64,000 bases of DNA from assembly GCA_965208735.1 (NCBI GenBank), contig CBDBPM010000002.1, positions 3,699,687 through 3,763,686 on the forward strand, given 5' to 3'. Origin of the DNA: Candidatus Poribacteria bacterium. Its GTDB lineage: Bacteria > Poribacteria > WGA-4E > WGA-3G. This document shows, piece after piece, positions 57,262-64,000 of the stretch. The first letter of the stretch is position 1; every line of letters begins with the position of its first letter. The notes under the pieces are model-generated. The model was not told where the DNA came from, ran no database searches, and saw nothing but the letters and a program-made list of their open reading frames with translations. Position numbers and translations under genes: made by a program.

Positions 57262-57717
57262 ATGAACAGATTCACATTTGCTTTATACTTTGTGTTTATC
57301 GCAAGCCTCTTGGCTGCAGGGTGTACGGCACCATCATTTTTGATGAACCCACCAGAACCGTCACCACCATCACCGGATAAAAAAGCACAGCAAACCGTGG
57401 AAGCGTTAATGCGGAAACCCATTTCAAAGGCGATTCAGAAGTGGGGCGCACCACATGGTCTCAGTGACGACGATGCAGGAACGCGCATCTACATCTGGCA
57501 CGTACCCGCGCAGGCATTTCTTGCCCCACAAGATAACAGCACCCTTTCTCGACGATCTCCCAAGGTTTTGAACAAGGCGACAGAGACCCCGCTGCCTACA
57601 GATGACATTTACGAACTGATGTTTTATACACATCCAGACGGTGTAATTTACAAAACACTCACGAAAAAGGAGCAAGCCTCCGCGTTTTCTTCAAGGAACT
57701 TTAGCGTCACAAAATAA
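57262..57717 (+). CDS. Lipoprotein (paralog A')
   Basis: MNRFTFALYFVFIASLLAAGC lipobox. Paralog of 56129-56611. Confidence 0.6.
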   Translation: MNRFTFALYFVFIASLLAAGCTAPSFLMNPPEPSPPSPDKKAQQTVEALMRKPISKAIQKWGAPHGLSDDDAGTRIYIWHVPAQAFLAPQDNSTLSRRSPKVLNKATETPLPTDDIYELMFYTHPDGVIYKTLTKKEQASAFSSRNFSVTK

Positions 57718-57721
57718 CACA

Positions 57722-58531
57722 ATGAAACTACCAACAATTTCCATCGCATCACATCGCGTCACGCGACTCATCATCGGCGGCAATCCGTATAGTGGCATCT
57801 CACACCACTCCCCTGCGGCATCGAAAGCCATGGAGGACTACTATACGACGCTGCAGATTATGGCAGACCTCCGGCAAGCAGAGGAGAACGGAATTAACAC
57901 CGTCCTCGCTCGTGCTGATCGGCATATCATGCGTACCTTGAATGAATATTGGAACACAGGCAGTACAATCCAGTGGATTGCCCAGACACCTAAAGATACA
58001 GAATACGCGAACCTCAACGAATACCTCCAGATTATTGCGCGCTATAAACCGATTGCCATCTACCATCACGGTGGCACGACCGATAAGTTGTACGCAGAAG
58101 GACGACTCGGTTCATTACGTGAAGGTCTCAAACGCATCCGGGACCTCGGTTGCGCGGTCGGACTCGGCACGCACGATCCACAGATTCTCAAGTATTGCTA
58201 CACTGAAGGATATGATGTTGACTTTTATGTCTGTGCGTTATATAATCATACAAGGCATAGAGAACTCTATCTGCCGGATGATCGGTACGCAGCGTTCGCC
58301 GCTATACAGGCGATACCGATACCGATAATTGCTATCAAAGTATTAGCCGCTGGTAGAAACGAACCGCGTGATGCATTTCAACTTGCACTCGAAAATATAA
58401 AGCCCACAGATGCAATGGCGGTTGGAATGTACACCCAATTTCAATCCGACCAGATTCGCCAGAACGCGCGAACTGTTGCAAAATTATTGTCTGAATCAGG
58501 ATTATCGGGATTAGAGGATTTACAGGATTAG
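57722..58531 (+). CDS. Hypothetical protein
   Basis: 269 aa ORF packed tightly after the lipoprotein genes. No family recognised. Confidence 0.5.
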   Translation: MKLPTISIASHRVTRLIIGGNPYSGISHHSPAASKAMEDYYTTLQIMADLRQAEENGINTVLARADRHIMRTLNEYWNTGSTIQWIAQTPKDTEYANLNEYLQIIARYKPIAIYHHGGTTDKLYAEGRLGSLREGLKRIRDLGCAVGLGTHDPQILKYCYTEGYDVDFYVCALYNHTRHRELYLPDDRYAAFAAIQAIPIPIIAIKVLAAGRNEPRDAFQLALENIKPTDAMAVGMYTQFQSDQIRQNARTVAKLLSESGLSGLEDLQD

Positions 58532-58643
58532 AGAACAGATCGTTAGTGCTTTGTCGACTTTGAAATTGAAGGGAGTCAGGCTCGTAGTAGGGCAATTCAT
58601 TGCCCGTCACGGCTGCAAGCACATTCCAGAAAGACCCAACACA

Positions 58644-59297
58644 ATGAACCGAATCGTAGAACCAGAAGTCATGGATACACAGGAAGCCGCAGAAGCCTAC
58701 GATGCGATGGAGCACGGTGAGGTTGATCAGGCTTTCGTGGATCGCGTTATCGCACTCGGTGCCAGCACCGGACATTTTCTCGATGTCGGTACCGGTCCCG
58801 CACAGATTCCAATCCTACTCGCCCAACGCTGTCCCGATATCCACATCACCGCTATTGATTTATCCGAAGAGATGCTAAAAATAGCGAAATGCCACGTCGC
58901 AGATGCCGGTCTCACTGATCGGATAACCCTTAAACGCGTCGATGCCAAAACCTTACCCTACCCCGACAACACCTTTGACGGACTTATCTCCAACAGCATT
59001 GTCCATCACATCCACGACGCGATGAAAGCACTCCAAGAGATGGGCAGAGTTGCCCGTTCCCAAGGAACAGTCCTTATCCGCGACCTCATCCGTCCTGAAA
59101 CACCCGCAGACGCACAAGCCTTTGTGGATCTGTATGCTGCAGATGATACCCCTTATCAACAGAAATTGTATTATGACTCCTTCCTTGCCGCCTTTACCAT
59201 TGCTGAAATCAACGAGATGCTGACACAGATGGATATGCCGGATGCCGTTGTCCTCCAAAGCACTGAGCGGCATTGGTCTATTGAACGTGCTGGATAA
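58644..59297 (+). CDS. Class I SAM-dependent methyltransferase
   Basis: FLDVGTGPAQIPILLA is the SAM-binding motif I (E/DxGxGxG), followed by motif II/III-like segments. Start set at the ATG 58644 (MNRIVEP). Confidence 0.7.
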   Translation: MNRIVEPEVMDTQEAAEAYDAMEHGEVDQAFVDRVIALGASTGHFLDVGTGPAQIPILLAQRCPDIHITAIDLSEEMLKIAKCHVADAGLTDRITLKRVDAKTLPYPDNTFDGLISNSIVHHIHDAMKALQEMGRVARSQGTVLIRDLIRPETPADAQAFVDLYAADDTPYQQKLYYDSFLAAFTIAEINEMLTQMDMPDAVVLQSTERHWSIERAG

Positions 59298-59526
59298 GTG
59301 TTGCAATTTTAGTGGTGTAAGCAATTTCGCAACTGAGACAGGCTAATACTTCTGGAAAAGGTTTGGTCATTCAATTTTTCATGTTTGAAACCAAATTAAC
59401 AGGATTGGTAGGACAATAGGTTAAGGTTTCAAGTTCCTGCTATGGGGGTCTCATCAGAAAACTAAATCGCCCGTAGGTGAAAAACTGTATCCTTTCCTTA
59501 GTTTTCGTATAAGTTCAACAGACTAT

Positions 59527-60084
59527 TCAATTACCCACTAAACTGCATTCTCCAAGGATTACGTAAAAAAAACTTTTACCTGTATTTGTATAGGTGCCTT
59601 TACGCAATCCCCCAAACTTTACGTCCCGCCAATCTCCGACGAATGAGGTATTCTGTCGTATCACATACCCCCGTATTTTTACAAAATCACCCACCTTGAG
59701 ATTATTCAGCGGATCGACCGCTGGCCTACGGAGGAATTTACAAAGGACTTCAGCAGAAGGATTACTGTTGTTACCCGAATAAAGCTTCGAGTCATCAACA
59801 TGCAACCAAATGGAATGATCGAATTGGTTAATGTAGTTATCCGATTCTTCTTTATGGTGTTGTTTTATAGTTCCTGTTACTATGAAGAATTTTGTAGAGG
59901 GAAATCCATAGGTTTCGTCTGCGTGACTTGCATCCCTCATATAATGAGACATCAATTCTGTAGCACTCACGGATCGGTCTACAAAACGCTTCTGTGTCTG
60001 TGATTCACAACCCTGCAGCATACCTATTTCTAACGCGAATAGAACAAATACCATAATTTTACTAAAAAATTTCATCGGAAACAT
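59527..60084 (-). CDS. Lipoprotein, hypothetical
   Basis: Signal peptide with LQGC lipobox. The start may be the ATG at 60075 (MKFFSK) rather than 60084. Confidence 0.5.
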   Translation of the reverse strand: MFPMKFFSKIMVFVLFALEIGMLQGCESQTQKRFVDRSVSATELMSHYMRDASHADETYGFPSTKFFIVTGTIKQHHKEESDNYINQFDHSIWLHVDDSKLYSGNNSNPSAEVLCKFLRRPAVDPLNNLKVGDFVKIRGYVIRQNTSFVGDWRDVKFGGLRKGTYTNTGKSFFYVILGECSLVGN

Positions 60085-60307
60085 GCCCCCATCGGTTAGT
60101 AAACTACCTTTTTAACACCAAAAAGGTTCTGATAATAGAAGGTTTAGAGAAAATAATGATGCTATAGTAGATCGAAAACCCTCCAACCGGGCACTATTGC
60201 ATTTTATTATGAAAATAATATCATATTATGCCGAAACTATCAAGAACCGAATCGGGCAGGCTATTTAATTTTCGGTTTCGTTCCTTGTCCGGATCGGCCG
60301 AAATGGC

Positions 60308-60336
60308 TTGACATTCGTCTTGAAATGTGTTAATAT
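60308..60336 (+). promoter_or_regulatory. Near-consensus sigma70 promoter with extended -10
   Basis: TTGACA (60308-60313), 17 nt spacer, TGtTAATAT (60328-60336), about 40 nt upstream of the 60375 ATG. Confidence 0.55.
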
Positions 60337-60374
60337 GTGATTATTGAATTTAGAGCAAAGGATGTGAAAGAAGA

Positions 60375-62159
60375 ATGAACGATGGGTTTGACGATGAACG
60401 GGACTTGTCGCAAATCCCAAGCGAAGTTACGACTCGTGTGCTGAAATTAGACGTACGGCAACACGATATTCATCGGAACCTGAGAAGTATTGGGGAGGAA
60501 ATAGCAGCTTTCTATCTGGATGGACTCAAAATCCTGCATGATGGAAACTTGCAGACTGCGGCAAGTCTCTTAGGACATCTTGCTAAGGAAATTGATAGTG
60601 GCTTAAAAGATCTTCTGCCGACAAAAGAGGATACTAAGAAAATATTTAAGCGGCTTGATGGAAAAGGTTTTGCCCAACCAAAACAAATTGCATTAATCTT
60701 AGCTGCTCTAAACTTAGATATTGATAATTTGCAATCGTCCACGCCGTTGACAAACCAGGACCGAGCGCGAATAGAGAATCATCTCAGAAGCAGGGGATTA
60801 AGTCTATCAAAAGAACTTGCTTCAATACTTATAATACTCAATCTGGATGCTAATAATTTACCATCGTCGGATGTTGCAAACCGTGTAGATATTGCTATCC
60901 GATGGATAGATGTTTCGATAAGGTTTAACGACTTTGACCACGATCATGGTGTTGGAAAACCTCCACGGCCCCTGGAAGAATTTATGCCGCTTTGGGAAAC
61001 TTTTGAAAGTGTTCTGGCAAATCTGGTAGGGACTTATCTCAATTTTTCCTCTCATGTAATAGATCAAATTCTTAAACACGAGGTCCCTACTAAGGAGGTA
61101 AAAAATTCTCTCCCCAACATGGTAAAACTTGATCCGTTGGAAGCTGGACCAGGATATCGGTATTTCTTTGAGCAGCTTCCCCACCGTGGGTGGTTAGAGC
61201 CGCTGAGCAATATTGGGTATTTCAATCCAAAATATAATCCTGCTCCTCAGGAAATACCAGATCAGCCGGGATACTATCGTATCCCGGTCTGGTATGCTTT
61301 GGAATACCTGGTGAAGGTTGCCGATCAAACTAAAAATCGACGATCCAACCAAATAGTCAACACCTTGGTCAAAATTATAGATGCAATTATCTACTATACT
61401 AATGACAATGGAGAGCGGATTGAGAATGATCGGACAGACCTGCAGACTATCAAAATTATAGGAACGCTTCCTATAAACCTATTAGAACCTCAGCATATTA
61501 CTTTCATAGAGACAGCATTGAAATCCAAATTGAAGTATGGGACAACAGTAGATCAAGAAATAGGTGAAACAATTCTGCCCAAGCTTCTTGATGCGGAAAC
61601 TCAAAAGTTAACCCTCATGTTGCTTGCAATAATTTTTGAGGCGAACTCCGTTGATCGAGAGATTCAACCCATAATGGACGAATATTGGCTTGAGGATGCA
61701 TTGAAGAAATATGGGCACACCATCGCGAATTTATGTGGCCTTGAGGCAGCACAGATTGCACTCACACAGATCCGAGCACTTGCTGCCGAAGATTCTTCTG
61801 TGTTTCACTTTATACACCCCGTTGAGAGCGATCTTTCGCGCCTCTCTCGTGCAGATTACACTGAACTTATCGTAAGTTTTACCAGTAGTATTTTTCAATC
61901 TGCTGAACCTGTGAGTATTACGGAAATAATTCAAAGCTTGCTACAAGAACGGTACGTCATTATTAAACGGATCGCACTTAAGGCTATCACGCACCATTAC
62001 GGCGACTTGAAACATCTATTTTGGGGGTGGGAGGGCAATCCCCTTGATGAGATTGGATTAGAAACCGAAATATCCCAATTAATTCAAGCCAACAGCTATA
62101 CATTTAATGAAGACGAAATGGAGCAGATACTACAATGGATAGAATCAACCCAATACTAA
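60375..62159 (+). CDS. Large hypothetical alpha-helical protein (operon gene 1)
   Basis: 594 aa ORF downstream of a strong promoter. Internal repeat PKQIALILAALNLDIDNLQSS / SKELASILIILNLDANNLPSS. No nucleotide-binding or catalytic motif recognised. AT-richer than the core genes. Confidence 0.6.
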   Translation: MNDGFDDERDLSQIPSEVTTRVLKLDVRQHDIHRNLRSIGEEIAAFYLDGLKILHDGNLQTAASLLGHLAKEIDSGLKDLLPTKEDTKKIFKRLDGKGFAQPKQIALILAALNLDIDNLQSSTPLTNQDRARIENHLRSRGLSLSKELASILIILNLDANNLPSSDVANRVDIAIRWIDVSIRFNDFDHDHGVGKPPRPLEEFMPLWETFESVLANLVGTYLNFSSHVIDQILKHEVPTKEVKNSLPNMVKLDPLEAGPGYRYFFEQLPHRGWLEPLSNIGYFNPKYNPAPQEIPDQPGYYRIPVWYALEYLVKVADQTKNRRSNQIVNTLVKIIDAIIYYTNDNGERIENDRTDLQTIKIIGTLPINLLEPQHITFIETALKSKLKYGTTVDQEIGETILPKLLDAETQKLTLMLLAIIFEANSVDREIQPIMDEYWLEDALKKYGHTIANLCGLEAAQIALTQIRALAAEDSSVFHFIHPVESDLSRLSRADYTELIVSFTSSIFQSAEPVSITEIIQSLLQERYVIIKRIALKAITHHYGDLKHLFWGWEGNPLDEIGLETEISQLIQANSYTFNEDEMEQILQWIESTQY

Positions 62160-63853
62160 CATCCATCGAAAATGATGAAAGGCGCGCAAAATCAGTAGCG
62201 TATAGTAGGCGAAAATGGCTGTCTAAACTTTTGAAAACCGGCAACCAAAAGGTTATCGACGCTTACGAAAAATATGATCGCCTTTGCCCAGAAAACACTG
62301 AAAATTCTGGGATTATGCCTAAGTCCGGAGCAATTGGTCCAGTGAGACCGTTGGCAGTCAATGAACTTTCCAAGATGTCAAATACTGAAATTGCTGATTA
62401 TCTAAGTCATTACAAAGAGCAGGAAATCATCGGTTTGTCCGTTTTAACCGGGCGTGGACTTGCAGACACACTTTCGGAATGTGTAGCAGCGAACCCGCAG
62501 CGGTTCACGGATAACCTACTACCTTTCCAAGATGTTCGGAATCTATACCAATCTTCTCTACTGCGGGGTTTCTTGAATGCGTGGAAGGATAAGAAAACAT
62601 TTGATTGGGCTGCACTGCTTGGATTTATACGTTCTATTCTCGTATCAGAATACTTTTGGAATGAGCAATACGAGGATGGTTTTAATTATAGGAATTGGGT
62701 TCTTTCTGGTGCAGCAGATTTGATAGCAGAAGGCACAAGGGATGATACACACGCGTTTGATACACAACTCTTGCCCCTTGCTGAAGAGATTCTTTTGATT
62801 CTTGTAGATAAGGCACAGCAGAGTGTTTCAACCCTTGATAATCTTCCCACCGATGTTCTAAATTCAGACAGAGGTAGAGTGTTTTCAGCAATGGTAGGCT
62901 ATGCCTTGCGATTCGCCCGTACCAGCCAGTCTGAGTACACAGATTGCCGATGGCCCTACGCCATCAGAGCAGATTTCACCAAAAGATTAGATCGAAGCGT
63001 TGAACCCTCGTTTGAATTCTCTTATACGCTTGGCTTTTATCTACTCTATCTGTCGTATCTTGATAAAGAGTGGGTTCACCTCAACATAAATCATATCTTC
63101 CCACAGCGTAATGAAGACCATTGGCAAGCCGCTTTTTCCGGGTACTTGTTGCGCCCGGGAGTCCGAAAGGAGTTTCATTCTCTACTCAAAGCACACGGAC
63201 ACTATCAGAAGGCATTGAGCACCCACTTTGCTGATGCAGAGGTGTTGGATGGGCTTGTTCGGCATATTTGTACGGGTTGGATCGAAGACAGCGAAACCTT
63301 AGACGACAAAACCAGTCTCATTTATCAGTTGATACACAGTGGCAATCCAAATTTGCTTGCGGGTGTAGTCTACTTTTTCTCTCGACGTGCTGATAACCTA
63401 TCTGATAAAGTGAAAGTAAAGGTTATACCGGCGTGGCGTGCCTTGTTTGAAGTCCTTTCCCAAAGCAGTAATGAAGCAGCATATCAGAATGTTTTAGTTC
63501 CGCTATTAGGATGGCTCGGACTCATTGACAAAATAGACGCGGAAGTACTCACTTGGGTAAAACTATCCACCAAATATATTGACAGAAGTCCCCAACCTGT
63601 TAATTTGGAATTATTTGTTCAAGCATTATTGAAGAAGGCACCAGAGATGCCAAAGGAGATAGGGGAAATTTACCTAGGAATTCCTGCAAATGTCTTATCG
63701 CGTTTATGGCCCGGAACGCCAGAAATTACCCAAACTGTCCAGATTGTGTATGAAAAACAGCATAAGAAAATTGCTGATGCCATCTGCAATCGGTTTGCGG
63801 AAGCTGGGTTTGATTTCTTAAGGGAACTTTATGAAGAATATCAACGTCGATAG
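62135..63853 (+). CDS. Large hypothetical protein (operon gene 2), overlapping gene 1 by 25 nt
   Basis: 572 aa ORF. Its start overlaps the end of gene 1, consistent with translational coupling. No recognised domain. Confidence 0.6.
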   Translation: MDRINPILTSIENDERRAKSVAYSRRKWLSKLLKTGNQKVIDAYEKYDRLCPENTENSGIMPKSGAIGPVRPLAVNELSKMSNTEIADYLSHYKEQEIIGLSVLTGRGLADTLSECVAANPQRFTDNLLPFQDVRNLYQSSLLRGFLNAWKDKKTFDWAALLGFIRSILVSEYFWNEQYEDGFNYRNWVLSGAADLIAEGTRDDTHAFDTQLLPLAEEILLILVDKAQQSVSTLDNLPTDVLNSDRGRVFSAMVGYALRFARTSQSEYTDCRWPYAIRADFTKRLDRSVEPSFEFSYTLGFYLLYLSYLDKEWVHLNINHIFPQRNEDHWQAAFSGYLLRPGVRKEFHSLLKAHGHYQKALSTHFADAEVLDGLVRHICTGWIEDSETLDDKTSLIYQLIHSGNPNLLAGVVYFFSRRADNLSDKVKVKVIPAWRALFEVLSQSSNEAAYQNVLVPLLGWLGLIDKIDAEVLTWVKLSTKYIDRSPQPVNLELFVQALLKKAPEMPKEIGEIYLGIPANVLSRLWPGTPEITQTVQIVYEKQHKKIADAICNRFAEAGFDFLRELYEEYQRR

Positions 63854-63901
63854 TTTTCCTGATTTAACTCATAAATTCCAATGAAAAGGGGTGTGAATTT
63901 G

Positions 63902-64000
63902 ATGTTGGAACAAACACAAATCTTAAGGTATTCTTCATCAGGTGGACATGGTTTTGCAGCGGAGGATGCAAATAATTTGAAGGACAAGCTCCGAGATAAG
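63902..64000 (+). CDS. 5' end of an ORF that continues past the window end
   Basis: The ATG at 63902 follows AAAAGGGGTG. Only 33 codons are visible. Confidence 0.3.
   Translation, partial: MLEQTQILRYSSSGGHGFAAEDANNLKDKLRDK

Overview
This 64 kb window is bacterial chromosome with dense coding on both strands, separated by unusually repeat-rich intergenic DNA. The housekeeping backbone is well supported: recN (partial) and nadK on the minus strand, uvrA, a uvrD/pcrA-type helicase, gatC-gatA, a CtpA-type S41 protease, mmsA/iolA, iolE-iolG, alaS, recX and coaD. There is also a TonB-dependent receptor, several Gfo/Idh/MocA oxidoreductases, two ABC ATPases, an EamA transporter, a Zn-dependent dehydrogenase, a cyclase-family protein, a TolB-like beta-propeller and several lipoproteins. 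A TonB-dependent receptor, a Tol-like protein and many TPR, WD40 and PD40 proteins suggest a Gram-negative environmental lineage; I cannot name the taxon from sequence alone. The most interesting locus is 19.7-25.2 kb. It is a compact same-strand, AT-richer cluster of three paralogous TPR proteins, one of them fused to an FRG domain. Downstream is a nuclease with Mrr-type domain order inverted: an HsdR_N-type PD-(D/E)xK domain at the N-terminus followed by two tandem Mrr_N-like winged helices. The last gene overlaps it and is unknown. A mosaic repeat element lies on the upstream flank. I read this as a candidate undescribed defence or nucleic-acid-targeting module. The intergenic DNA carries at least four dispersed repeat families. 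One is a mosaic palindromic element at about 19.3, 28.7-29.2 and 46.8 kb with nested hairpins that show compensatory base changes. One is a roughly 150 bp element, tandemly duplicated at 45.4-45.7 kb, that places an AAGGAAA ribosome-binding site in front of downstream genes. One is the 12-mer TGCGTAAGTCCT. One is the CCCCCTGATAAGGGGG hairpin. Also present are two orphan antitoxin-like genes (HicB-like and BrnA-like), a strongly promoted two-gene operon of large unknown proteins at 60.4-63.9 kb, and a pair of secreted CarboxypepD_reg-like paralogs. I found no tRNA, rRNA or CRISPR array.
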